Positions 38,117-47,589 of a stretch of DNA of 64,000 nt are shown piece by piece. Below the pieces are notes generated by a model. The model had not been told where the DNA came from. It saw nothing but the letters and a program-made list of their open reading frames with translations, and ran no database searches. Where the stretch lies: the NCBI GenBank assembly GCA_963728545.1, contig CAVSKO010000002.1, positions 358,874 through 422,873 on the forward strand, in the 5' to 3' direction. Source of the stretch: Blastocatellia bacterium (lineage in GTDB: Bacteria; Acidobacteriota; Blastocatellia; UBA7656). The first letter of the stretch is position 1. Every line of letters begins with the position of its first letter. The translations under genes were made by a program, and so were the position numbers.

Positions 38117-40078
38117 TTGAAATCTACACGCACGAAAACCACAGGCAAACACGCGCGCGCGCGCGAAGCCTCAGCCAACGCGCACGATAAAGATTCATTC
38201 TCACTCGTAGAGCAACTGAGCGCGGGCCGCGTAATAATGCTCATTTGTCTCGTCGCGTTTCTGGCTTATGCGAACTCTCTCGGCGGGGATTTTGTCTTTG
38301 ACGACAACGAGCAGATAGTCGAAAACCAGAATCTGCGTTCCTGGGATAACATCACGCGCGGGTTTACCACTCACGTGTGGGCTTTTCGCGAGCAAGGCGA
38401 AACTACGAACGTCCCCGCGCCACTGCCGTACTACAGGCCGCTCTTTACTCTGATGCTGACGGTCGAGTATCAGCTATTCGGGTTGCAGCCGCAGTGGTGG
38501 CATCTTGTGAGCCTGATTCTTCATATCATCTGTGCGGTCGAAATCTTTTATATCATTCTGGTATTATCGCGCCGAAAACTGGTTGCCTTAATCGCCTCGT
38601 TACTGTTTGCTGTCCACCCTGTCCACGCAGAATCTGTAAGCTGGATCAGCGGGATGACCGATCCGTTGTTTGGCGTATTCTTCCTCGCGTCGTTTTACTT
38701 TTATCTCAAGCATCGTGACGGTCATCCACCCGCAGCCCCATCGGGGAAAGAGAAGGCGTCCGCGTCGTCGGAGAAAAGAAGGTATCTTGTGTGGTCGCTT
38801 CTGTTTTTCATCGTCGCGGCTTTCGCTAAAGAAACAGCCCTCAGCCTCGTTATTTTGATATTCGGCTACGAAGCGGTCATCTCAAATGGCAAGATGAGCG
38901 CTCGCTTGATAGAAGCTGCAAAGCGCGCGTTGCCTTTTGTCGCGGCGGCTTTGGTTTACCTGATCCCGCGATATCTGGTTCTCGGTGAAATGATGTGGAG
39001 CAATCCTCAAGCTCCGGATCGGCCTTTCTCTCACACGCTTTTTACGCTGCCTTTTGTGATTTGCAGTTACTTGCTGCACCTCGTATGGCCCGTCGGCCTG
39101 AGCGTCACTTATGACACGAGGTTTATAACTTCAGCGGCGTCTCCAACATTCTTCTTGCTCGCCATTATTCTCGCCGTCATCACAGGCTTACTGATCTATT
39201 TTCGCGCTCGTATCAGCAAACAAGTATGGCTGGCGTTGTTGATGATTATTGTCCCGCTATTACCTGTGCTTAAACTCGGACAGGTTTCGCAAGAGCAGTA
39301 CCTGGTCTTTGATCATTACCTGTATATCTCTGTTGCAGGGTTGGGTTATCTGGCGGGGCTTGGGTTGTTTAGGCTTTCGCAGTCGAGGACCGAAAAATTG
39401 AGCCTTGCGGCGGCGGCATTGTTAGTGGTCGCGCTTGCAGCCGGGACGCATTTTGAGAATAAGGCGTGGGCCAATTCTTATGCGGTCTGGTCGAATGCCG
39501 CGCGCGTGAGCCCGAATTATTGGGCGCCTCAATACAACACCGCGCTAGAGTTGATTAAGCTCAAGCAATACGACAGCGCGCGCGCGATGCTTGAGCGAGC
39601 GAGTGCGCTCAAGCCTGACGAGCCGACAATCTATGACGCGCTAGGCCGCGCTCATCTTGGCATGAGTGATCTCGAAGCTGCCGAAGCGAGTATCAAGCGC
39701 GCGCTTGAGATCAACCCTCAGATGGTAGAATCGCTCAATAATCTCGGCACTGTTTATTTTGAGGCGAAAGATTATGAGAAGGCCGAAAAGTATTTTACCG
39801 AAGCGTTGCGTGTAAACCCGAAAGCGACGGCAGTGCAGTACAATCTGGCTCGCTGCTACTCTCGCTTGGGCCGGGACAATGACGCCGTGAGGGAATTTGA
39901 ACAGTTCTTAAAATCGTCGCCCAATGATGCCGAAGCCCTTTATGAGCTTGGAGAGGTCTATAAAAAAAGAGGGCGGCGCGATGACGCTATTCGCTCTTTC
40001 GAGCGCGCGCTTGATTTGACAAAATCACAAGAACTGAAGGAAAAGATTTCAAACAGTTTAAGCGGCTTAAAACGATAG
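38117..40078 (+). CDS. TMTC/PMT-like GT-C-fold glycosyltransferase (DUF1736-type multi-TM domain) with C-terminal TPR repeats
   Basis: First-loop acidic motif VFDDNEQIV; YRPLFTLMLTVEY and WWHLVSLILHI motifs typical of TMTC/PMT_2 family; >=10 TM; 5-6 TPR repeats at C-terminus. Confidence 0.6.
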   Translation: MKSTRTKTTGKHARAREASANAHDKDSFSLVEQLSAGRVIMLICLVAFLAYANSLGGDFVFDDNEQIVENQNLRSWDNITRGFTTHVWAFREQGETTNVPAPLPYYRPLFTLMLTVEYQLFGLQPQWWHLVSLILHIICAVEIFYIILVLSRRKLVALIASLLFAVHPVHAESVSWISGMTDPLFGVFFLASFYFYLKHRDGHPPAAPSGKEKASASSEKRRYLVWSLLFFIVAAFAKETALSLVILIFGYEAVISNGKMSARLIEAAKRALPFVAAALVYLIPRYLVLGEMMWSNPQAPDRPFSHTLFTLPFVICSYLLHLVWPVGLSVTYDTRFITSAASPTFFLLAIILAVITGLLIYFRARISKQVWLALLMIIVPLLPVLKLGQVSQEQYLVFDHYLYISVAGLGYLAGLGLFRLSQSRTEKLSLAAAALLVVALAAGTHFENKAWANSYAVWSNAARVSPNYWAPQYNTALELIKLKQYDSARAMLERASALKPDEPTIYDALGRAHLGMSDLEAAEASIKRALEINPQMVESLNNLGTVYFEAKDYEKAEKYFTEALRVNPKATAVQYNLARCYSRLGRDNDAVREFEQFLKSSPNDAEALYELGEVYKKRGRRDDAIRSFERALDLTKSQELKEKISNSLSGLKR

Positions 40079-40963
40079 ATGCAACTGCTTGAAATTGATA
40101 GCATCTATATTGCGAGGACAATGGCTACCACTGAAATCACAAGGCAGCAGGTCGCCGGGCCGATGTTTAACTTGAGGCCGGGAATGCGCGCGAAGATCGC
40201 CGCAATAGCGATCAACACGTTCCGCGAATCGGTCCGCGACCGCGTGCTCTACAATTTGATACTGTTTGTTTTGATCCTGATTGGCGCGTCCGTCTTTGTC
40301 AGCGAGCTTTCAATTGACCAGGAGAGCAAGTTCATAATGGACCTGGGGTTGAGTTTGATGCTCGTATTCGGCGCGCTTATAGCAATCTTCATAGGCGTCG
40401 GCCTCGTCTTCAAAGAGATAGACAAGCGCACGATCTATAATCTGCTTTCAAAGCCTGTCCACCGGTATGAATTCATAATAGGAAAGTTCTTCGGGCTATG
40501 CATGACGCTGTTAGTCAATTGCGTCGTGATGGTCATCGGAATTGAGCTGGCCTTGATGTACGTAAACGGCGGGTTCGTCTCGTTGCAGTTGACGCTTTTG
40601 CCGGCGGCCTATTTGATCTTCCTTGAGCTTATGCTTGTGGTCGCGGTCGCGCTTATGTTTTCCAGCTTTTCAACGCCTATGCTTGCTGCGCTCTTTACAT
40701 TCGCGGTCTATGTCATAGGCCATTTCAGCCCCGATTTGCGACTTGCCGCCGAGTTGACCGATTCTGCGGTGACTCGCGTTGTGCTGATAGCGCTTTATTA
40801 TTTGCTGCCGAACCTGTCGAATTTTAGTTTTATCAGCGAAGCCTCGCGCGGCAAGATCGTTCCTCTCTCAATGGCTTTGTCGGCTACCGTCTATGCGATC
40901 ATATATGCGAGCATATTGCTATCCGCCGCCGCTTTGATTTTTCAGAAACGGAATTTTAAGTGA
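40079..40963 (+). CDS. ABC-2-type transporter permease-like integral membrane protein (no cognate ATPase adjacent)
   Basis: 6 predicted TM helices with ABC-2 family pattern; start may be 40121. Confidence 0.5.
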   Translation: MQLLEIDSIYIARTMATTEITRQQVAGPMFNLRPGMRAKIAAIAINTFRESVRDRVLYNLILFVLILIGASVFVSELSIDQESKFIMDLGLSLMLVFGALIAIFIGVGLVFKEIDKRTIYNLLSKPVHRYEFIIGKFFGLCMTLLVNCVVMVIGIELALMYVNGGFVSLQLTLLPAAYLIFLELMLVVAVALMFSSFSTPMLAALFTFAVYVIGHFSPDLRLAAELTDSAVTRVVLIALYYLLPNLSNFSFISEASRGKIVPLSMALSATVYAIIYASILLSAAALIFQKRNFK

Positions 40964-41889
40964 TTATGAAACGCGCGATACCAATAGTCATAATCATCGC
41001 GGGGTTTTGCCTGCTTTATCCATTGCAGCGCTGGATCGACTCATCCACTCCACGCGAATCGACAAACGAAGAGAACCTCTATTTCTCTTCCGGCGAATTG
41101 ATAAAGAAGATGAGCCTGGGCCTGGATGGGCTTGCCGCAGACATATACTGGATAAGAACAGTTCAATACTTTGGGCGCAAGCTGATCGATAGCCGCGCAC
41201 CCGGCGAGCCGCCGTCCTTTGGAAGCACCAAAGAGATTCGTATGGAATTGCTTGCCCCGCTGCTCGATATTATTGTCACGCTCGACCCTCAACATATTTC
41301 GGCTTACAGATTCGGAGCGATCTTTTTGCCGGAGCGCGATCTGGCGGCTGCCATAAAATTGCTTGAGCGCGGCATCGCCGCCAATCCGAACGAATGGAGG
41401 CTCTATCAAGACCTGGCCTACATTTACTGGCAGGCGGGAAACCAGGCGAAGGGGGAAGAGAAGGCGGGTTATTATGCGAAAGCCGCCGATTGGTACGAGC
41501 GTGGCAGCCGAGTCGAAGGCGCGCGCGATTGGATGGCCGACATGGCCGGAGTGATGAGGATACAAGGCGGCGAGCGCGCGACGGCTCGGAAAATCTATGA
41601 AGAGTATGCAAAGAGTGAAGAGACGAACATACGCAATCAGGCGGCGGCCAGATTAAAACAGCTCGACTCGCTAGATCAGATCGATAAGATCAACGAAGAG
41701 TTGCGCAAGAGAGTCGAGCAGACCGGACAATGCCCGGCGAGCTTGCGATTGCTTGCGAGAGAGCTTTATTCAAAAGAGCTGACGTTGAATATAGAAATGT
41801 CGCCCGTTAACCCGGAAGGCTTTCCGTATGCACTCAACGCGGCAACCTGTCGGGCAGAGCTTGATAAACAATTGACTATTCCGCGCTGA
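40960..41889 (+). CDS. hypothetical membrane-anchored protein with TPR-like helical repeats
   Basis: N-terminal TM anchor MIMKRAIPIVIIIAGFCLLY; alpha-helical repeat-rich; 4-nt overlap with upstream gene. Confidence 0.4.
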   Translation: MIMKRAIPIVIIIAGFCLLYPLQRWIDSSTPRESTNEENLYFSSGELIKKMSLGLDGLAADIYWIRTVQYFGRKLIDSRAPGEPPSFGSTKEIRMELLAPLLDIIVTLDPQHISAYRFGAIFLPERDLAAAIKLLERGIAANPNEWRLYQDLAYIYWQAGNQAKGEEKAGYYAKAADWYERGSRVEGARDWMADMAGVMRIQGGERATARKIYEEYAKSEETNIRNQAAARLKQLDSLDQIDKINEELRKRVEQTGQCPASLRLLARELYSKELTLNIEMSPVNPEGFPYALNAATCRAELDKQLTIPR

Positions 41890-41898
41890 ATTTTTTAT

Positions 41899-41992
41899 TC
41901 AAAACATCTCACCGCCGCAGAGGCGCAGAGCAGATGTTGGTTTTCTCTGCGCCCCCTCTGTGTTCTCTGTGTCTGCGGCGGTGAATCTTTTT
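41899..41992. repeat. palindromic intergenic repeat, copy C (deletion variant)
   Basis: catctcaccgccgcagaggcgcagag...ctctgcgccccctctgtgttctctgtgtctgcggcggtgaatctt; between convergent genes. Confidence 0.75.
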
Positions 41993-42004
41993 CCGAAAAT
42001 TGTT

Positions 42005-42832
42005 TTAAGAATGCTGCTGGCTCTTCAGGTCTATCGTTACGGTAGCGCCTGAAGTCTTTATCCTGGCTCGAACAGGCGTGCGCTTTTCGTCGTCGGTCAC
42101 CCAGATAAACATCTGGCCGCTGCGTTTCACATAACGCCCGTCAAAGACTTTTGCGTCCAGCAAAATCGTCTTGAACTTGATCGAGTTGACCTTAATCTCT
42201 TCGCGACGGCCTACGACGACTTCGATGTTATACACCTGGCCGCTGTCGCTTATGGGCACCTGGATCACATCGCCCTGGTTGAGCTTCTGAGTCCGAACGA
42301 AATATGTAGCCGATAAAATATCTTGAATCCACGAAGGCGAGCTTGCCTCTTTTACGTTTGCCGTTCCCGCGCTTTTCGACAGGTCTCTGTCTATGTAAGT
42401 CACGCGACCGGCCTCGCGGTCGATAACTGCTTTCTGCTCGCGCCGCGTCGCCCCTTCCTCGATCTGTTTGGTTGAGGTGTGAAGCCCTAGATCATTTGTG
42501 CTGACCATCGAATGAAATCGGTCCCTGACTTTGATGCCGAACAGCTTCGGGAAAAGACCTTTTGAGACGGCTTCTGCTTTAAGCTCTATCAAGTCAGATT
42601 GCTGCGGCTCGGTAGGCTTTGACACCCAGAGCTTCAGCTCGCCGATAGTGCCTGAGAAGATCAGTTTTGAGAAATTTATTTCATAAGTAAGCGTCTCGCC
42701 GACCTTGAATGGAAGCGGTTGAGTAATTTTCGGAGCGGTGACGGCAGCGACCTTGTCCGACGCGACCTGCCCGAAGCCCACGGATGCGCCCTGAATCAAA
42801 ACCATCAATACGATTAATAGCTTCTTAATCAT
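42005..42832 (-). CDS. secreted DUF3108-like protein
   Basis: Signal peptide; beta-rich 275-aa protein resembling DUF3108 family common in Acidobacteria/Bacteroidetes. Confidence 0.45.
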   Translation of the reverse strand: MIKKLLIVLMVLIQGASVGFGQVASDKVAAVTAPKITQPLPFKVGETLTYEINFSKLIFSGTIGELKLWVSKPTEPQQSDLIELKAEAVSKGLFPKLFGIKVRDRFHSMVSTNDLGLHTSTKQIEEGATRREQKAVIDREAGRVTYIDRDLSKSAGTANVKEASSPSWIQDILSATYFVRTQKLNQGDVIQVPISDSGQVYNIEVVVGRREEIKVNSIKFKTILLDAKVFDGRYVKRSGQMFIWVTDDEKRTPVRARIKTSGATVTIDLKSQQHS

Positions 42833-42877
42833 AATCTAATTATACCTGTCTCGAACCGACTTTGGAACAACGAGGTG

Positions 42878-43492
42878 TTAGATGCGAAAAAAGTACCTCG
42901 CGGCTAACAGGGCCATTACAAAAGCGATTCCGATTGCAGCCCGGTATTCGCGGTGGCGAAGGTATAAAGACGAATCAAAGCTTCTTATCGCATTGGGCGG
43001 GCTGACTTGAGAGTCTGGCTGGTTGTCGGCCTTGTTGGGTCTGTAAGGAGTCAAGCGCGGAAACATCAACGGCACCCGTCGGCTGTAGATTTCATACTCA
43101 TCCGGAAAAAGCTCTTGCATATACTCGGCTTCGGCAGCCATCACGGGCAAGTAGATCAAAAGATAGACTGCGATAAAAAGCGCCACAAACCAGAGCGAGT
43201 TGGTCGCGACTGCTATGCCTGTCGCCATAATAAATGTGCCGAAATAGAGCGGGTTGCGCGTGTAGGCATACGGCCCGGCTACGCAGAGTTCCTGGTTCTT
43301 TCTCAAATGCCCCGAAGCCCACGCCCTGATCGTCAGACCGATTAACGCGAGCGCCGCGCCCGCTATCAACGAGATGCCGGTGGGACGCGCAGCGATAACC
43401 AACAGCGGGGCAAGAATGAATCCCGCAGGTACTCTTATCCGTTGCGCTATCTTGCGAAATGTAAATCTTGTTTCTCTGCTAGCCTCAACCAT
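42878..43492 (-). CDS. isoprenylcysteine carboxyl methyltransferase (ICMT) / phospholipid methyltransferase family membrane protein
   Basis: 5 TM; conserved GPYAYTRNPLYFG and EE...L motif. Confidence 0.65.
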   Translation of the reverse strand: MVEASRETRFTFRKIAQRIRVPAGFILAPLLVIAARPTGISLIAGAALALIGLTIRAWASGHLRKNQELCVAGPYAYTRNPLYFGTFIMATGIAVATNSLWFVALFIAVYLLIYLPVMAAEAEYMQELFPDEYEIYSRRVPLMFPRLTPYRPNKADNQPDSQVSPPNAIRSFDSSLYLRHREYRAAIGIAFVMALLAARYFFRI

Positions 43493-43501
43493 ATTTATTC
43501 A

Positions 43502-43563
43502 GTGATGAGTAATGACTGATGAGTGAAAAACAGAGTGCCGATACTCATTACTCATTACTCATC
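43502..43563 (-). terminator. imperfect hairpin (agtgatgagtaatga... / ...tcattactcatcact) between minus-strand genes
   Basis: 15-bp perfect + imperfect extension, AT-rich, repeat-like arms. Confidence 0.35.
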
Positions 43564-44617
43564 ACTCCAATCTCCTTGATATTGCGTCTATCACTTCGCC
43601 TGCCGGGATGTCCATACACTCCCAGTGCCAGCAGCTACGACGATAACAATCTGTGCGGCACCACAAATCTCTGCCGACAGTGATATCTCTACTATCAAAC
43701 GGGCCGTTGCGCTCAGGCGAGGTCGGCCCGTAAAGCCCGACTATTGGCGTGCCTGCGGCTGCGGCGAGATGAAGCGGGCCGGTATCGCCTCCGACAAAGA
43801 GACGCGCTCGCCGCGCCAACGCAACAAACTGCTTCAGAGTTGACGGCGTAGGGTGAGCCGCATTTGATCGCGAGCTTGCGCGAACGGCCTCAGCCATCGC
43901 CTCTTCGCCCGGCCCGTAGGTGACTATGGAATTGATCGCGCGGTTAGTTGAAAGCCAATCTGCAACCTCGCCATATCGCTCGACAGGCCAGAGCTTTGTC
44001 GGCCAGCCTCCGCCGGGATTGATAATTGCGAACGGGCTTCCGACGCGAGTCATCACGCGGTCGGCATATTCGTCATCCTCCGGCGAAACATAAATCGGGA
44101 ATTCGTACCGAGACTTAAGCGGTTTTTCGTTATTGATGAGGCTTTCGGCGAGCGCGAGATTTTTTTCGATGACGTGTTTTACCTGTGCGGTCTCTACTTG
44201 CTCGGTGAGGAAAAACCGGCTCGCTTTTTCCCGCAGCTCGCGGGTTTCAAACCCGATACGGCGGACGGCCCCTGTCGCCAGCGCGACTACGCCGGATTTG
44301 ATCAGTCCTTGAAAATCTATAGCAACATCAACCGGGCTCACGCCCGCTCCGTTATTGCTCGCGCCCGTACGCGCCTGCTCGATCTTGCTGCGTATGTCTT
44401 GGAGAGTTGCTTTACTAATCACATTCTTTCGCCACTCGCGAGTATCTATCTCGATCAGCTTGTTTATGACGGGCGAGCCTTTGAGAATCTCGCCGGCACG
44501 CCGCTCGACTATCCACGAGATGTGAGCTTCGGGCAACGCTCGCCTGACGAGGGCCGCTGCCGGGAGCGTGTGGACCACGTCGCCTATAGAGCTGAGCTTG
44601 ACGATTAAAATTCGCAT
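43562..44617 (-). CDS. ADP-heptose:LPS heptosyltransferase (glycosyltransferase family 9)
   Basis: N-terminal MRILIVKLSSIGDVVHTLPA; GT9 C-terminal GxDTGxxHLAAA motif. Confidence 0.8.
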   Translation of the reverse strand: MRILIVKLSSIGDVVHTLPAAALVRRALPEAHISWIVERRAGEILKGSPVINKLIEIDTREWRKNVISKATLQDIRSKIEQARTGASNNGAGVSPVDVAIDFQGLIKSGVVALATGAVRRIGFETRELREKASRFFLTEQVETAQVKHVIEKNLALAESLINNEKPLKSRYEFPIYVSPEDDEYADRVMTRVGSPFAIINPGGGWPTKLWPVERYGEVADWLSTNRAINSIVTYGPGEEAMAEAVRASSRSNAAHPTPSTLKQFVALARRARLFVGGDTGPLHLAAAAGTPIVGLYGPTSPERNGPFDSRDITVGRDLWCRTDCYRRSCWHWECMDIPAGEVIDAISRRLE

Positions 44618-44749
44618 CCTAGCCGGTTTAGATAATTATCGAATAAATCGCGAAGCGGAATTATAGCATTAGCCCGCGTCGGGCCGTTAGCCGCCATTCT
44701 TTGAAATGGCGCGTGTAGCGTGTTAAAATCGCTTTCGCTCATTCGAGTT

Positions 44750-45919
44750 ATGAAAAACATTAGCATACTTGGATCGACCGGCTCGATCGGTAAAAACACC
44801 TTATCCGTAATCGACTCCCTCCGCGAAAGATTTTCAGTCAGCGCCCTGGCCGCAGGTCGTGACCTGGATGGGCTGGCTCGCCAGATTGCGCGATTCCAAC
44901 CTCGACTCGTATCGGTGGCAGCCGAGAGCGACATCCCTGAGCTGACAAAGAGGCTGCGTGACGCGGGCGTAAGCCGCATGCCGGAGATTGTCTTCGGCGA
45001 CAGAGGGCTGGTCGAAGTGGCCTGCGTCTCGGATGCCGAGATAGTCGTCTCCGCTACGGTCGGCGCTGTCGGGTTTCTGCCCACTTACAAAGCGCTGCAA
45101 CTTGGCCGCCGCGTCTGTCTCGCGAATAAAGAGACTCTCGTTATGGCCGGGGAGTTGATGACGCGAGCAGCACGTGAAGCGGGAGCCGAGTTGCTCCCAG
45201 TAGATAGCGAGCATAATGCCCTTCATCAATGCCTGCGCGGAGAACGTACCAGCGAAGTAAAGCGATTGATATTGACCGCGTCGGGCGGGCCTTTTCGCGA
45301 AACTTCACTGGCCGATATGAAGCGGGCGAGTGTCGAGCAGGCGCTCGCGCACCCGACCTGGCAGATGGGGGCAAAGATCACTATCAATTCTGCCACGCTC
45401 ATGAACAAAGGGCTTGAAGTTATGGAAGCGGGCTGGCTTTTCGGGTTTTCAGCCTCCGAGATAGCCGTGATGGTTCACCCGCAATCGATAGTTCATTCCA
45501 TGATCGAGATGATCGATGGCTCGATCATCGCTCAACTGGGCGTGACCGACATGCGATTGATGATTCAATACGCGCTCACCTATCCGGAGCGCCTGGTGAC
45601 CGAGTTGCCGCAACTCGGAATCGAGCGACTTTCACGTCTGGAGTTTTTTGAGCCTGATTTTGAAAGATTTCCATGCCTCAGACTCGCTTATGACGCTATG
45701 CGCGAAGGCGGCACGATGCCTGCCGCATTGAGCGCGGCAAACGAAGTGGCGGTGGCCCGGTTTCTTGATAAGAAGATCGCTTTTATGGATATTCCTCGCG
45801 TGATAGCCGATACGATGGACGCACACGACACACGTCCCTGCTCTAGCATCGAGGCTATTCTTGAAGCCGACGGCTGGGCGCGGGCACGAGCATCGAAAGT
45901 CCTGAGTGCCGAGTCCTGA
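44750..45919 (+). CDS. dxr: 1-deoxy-D-xylulose 5-phosphate reductoisomerase
   Basis: MKNISILGSTGSIG NADPH motif; conserved DSEH/ NKG segments; dxr-rseP synteny. Confidence 0.9.
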   Translation: MKNISILGSTGSIGKNTLSVIDSLRERFSVSALAAGRDLDGLARQIARFQPRLVSVAAESDIPELTKRLRDAGVSRMPEIVFGDRGLVEVACVSDAEIVVSATVGAVGFLPTYKALQLGRRVCLANKETLVMAGELMTRAAREAGAELLPVDSEHNALHQCLRGERTSEVKRLILTASGGPFRETSLADMKRASVEQALAHPTWQMGAKITINSATLMNKGLEVMEAGWLFGFSASEIAVMVHPQSIVHSMIEMIDGSIIAQLGVTDMRLMIQYALTYPERLVTELPQLGIERLSRLEFFEPDFERFPCLRLAYDAMREGGTMPAALSAANEVAVARFLDKKIAFMDIPRVIADTMDAHDTRPCSSIEAILEADGWARARASKVLSAES

Positions 45920-45962
45920 GTAAAAACATGAGCACAGTGTTTTGGTTTCCCACTCAGGACTT
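45911..45962 (+). terminator. 10-bp perfect stem-loop (gagtcctgagt / actcaggact) overlapping dxr stop, before rseP
   Basis: Read directly. Confidence 0.4.
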
Positions 45963-46088
45963 AGAAAGCTCATAGACACCCTCATCGCACTAAGATAAAC
46001 TTAAAGTTGTATATCGGTCTGACGAATTTGCGTGCATGCTAACAGGCCGTTGAGTTGTGGCTCTATTTGATCTGAAGGAGAATTTGCC

Positions 46089-47504
46089 GTGATAGGCGTA
46101 CTCGTTTTTATTCTTGTTCTAGGCGGGATGATCGTAATTCATGAATTTGGCCATTTCATAGTAGCTAAATTATTCGGAATCCGTGTTGAGGTCTTCAGCA
46201 TAGGCTTCGGCAAGCGGCTCTTCGGGGTTAAGAAAGGTGACACGGACTATCGCCTCAGCTTGATACCGCTGGGCGGATACGTGAAGATGGCGGGCGAGAA
46301 CCTGGACGAGCAGAGGACAGGCGCGCCCTACGAGTTTATGTCAAAGCCGAGGTGGCAGCGATTTCTTGTCGCCGTTGCCGGGCCGGCTATGAATATACTG
46401 ACGGCCATTGCCATTATTGCTATCCTCGCGATGATCCATTTCGAGACCGAGGCTTACAGGACGTGGCCCGCGCAGGTCAATGCAGTCGAGCCGGGCTCTC
46501 CCGCGGATAAGGCGGGCATACGGCGAGGCGACTTGATCCTTAAGATAGATGGTGAAGAGAACCCGCTCTGGCGCGATGTCGAAGACTCCATTCTCGTCAA
46601 TCCCGGTCAGACCATCCCTGTCACGGTTAAACGAGGCGATCAGATTATAGACCTCACTTTACCTGTAGCATCGCGCCCCTTCGAGCAAGAAGAGATAGGT
46701 TATGCCGGGTTCAAGCCCGATATCGGCTCCGACGCCAAGCTCATAGTAAAAAACATCGGCAAGGATAAACCGGGCGCGCAGGCGGGACTACTGCCGGCCG
46801 ATCAAATAGTCGCAGTCAACGGCAAGCCTGTCGAGCAAAGCCCTTATGGCAACCTTGATGTGATCACCGCCATACGCGCGAGCAACGGGCAGCCCGTGAC
46901 GTTGACCGTCAAGCGCGGCGACCAGACGCTCGATATAACGGCAGCGCCTCAGATGGATGACGGCGAGTATCGAATCGGGTTCGAGCCTGACCTGATCAAC
47001 GTTCAGAAAATAGTCACGAAATTGGGGCCAATCGAAGCGATTAAGTTTTCACTTCAAGAGAACAAGCGAATACTGAAGCTGACCTGGAAGGCCATCTCTC
47101 AGATGTTCGCCGGACAGCGCTCGCCTGGAAAAACTCTTACAGGCCCGATTGGCATACTCGGCATAACTCAGGAAGCGACCGAGCGCGGCGCGTGGTCCGT
47201 CCTTAATCTGATGGCTCTGTTGTCGCTCAATCTGGGCATATTCAACCTCCTGCCGATTCCGGTGCTCGACGGCGGGTTGATCTTCATGCTCATACTGGAA
47301 TCAGTCCTCGGCCTGTTCGGCATACCGCTTTCCTTGCGCGTCAAAGAGCGCATGATGCAGGTCGGGTTCGTAGTCTTGATACTGCTGATGGGATTTGTGA
47401 TATTCAACGACATAGCCAAAAAAATTCCGGGCAGCAACGTGGTCCAGCAACAGCAACAACAGCAGCAACAGAACGCGCCCCAAAAAGAGGGCGAGCAGCC
47501 TTAG
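46089..47504 (+). CDS. rseP: RIP metalloprotease RseP (site-2 protease, M50) with PDZ domains and poly-Gln C-terminal tail
   Basis: HEFGHFIVAKLFG zinc motif, two PDZ domains, LDGG motif; ends VQQQQQQQQQNAPQKEGEQP. Confidence 0.9.
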   Translation: MIGVLVFILVLGGMIVIHEFGHFIVAKLFGIRVEVFSIGFGKRLFGVKKGDTDYRLSLIPLGGYVKMAGENLDEQRTGAPYEFMSKPRWQRFLVAVAGPAMNILTAIAIIAILAMIHFETEAYRTWPAQVNAVEPGSPADKAGIRRGDLILKIDGEENPLWRDVEDSILVNPGQTIPVTVKRGDQIIDLTLPVASRPFEQEEIGYAGFKPDIGSDAKLIVKNIGKDKPGAQAGLLPADQIVAVNGKPVEQSPYGNLDVITAIRASNGQPVTLTVKRGDQTLDITAAPQMDDGEYRIGFEPDLINVQKIVTKLGPIEAIKFSLQENKRILKLTWKAISQMFAGQRSPGKTLTGPIGILGITQEATERGAWSVLNLMALLSLNLGIFNLLPIPVLDGGLIFMLILESVLGLFGIPLSLRVKERMMQVGFVVLILLMGFVIFNDIAKKIPGSNVVQQQQQQQQQNAPQKEGEQP

Positions 47505-47526
47505 CCTGCTCGATCTAGAGACTGGC

Positions 47527-47561
47527 CGTTAAGAGGCGGGCGTCGCGCCTGCCTCTTAACT
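47527..47561 (+). terminator. stem-loop after rseP (gttaagaggc / gcctcttaac)
   Basis: 10-bp stem read directly. Confidence 0.45.
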
Positions 47562-47589
47562 TAAATTGATCAAAAAACCTTAGCCCCAC

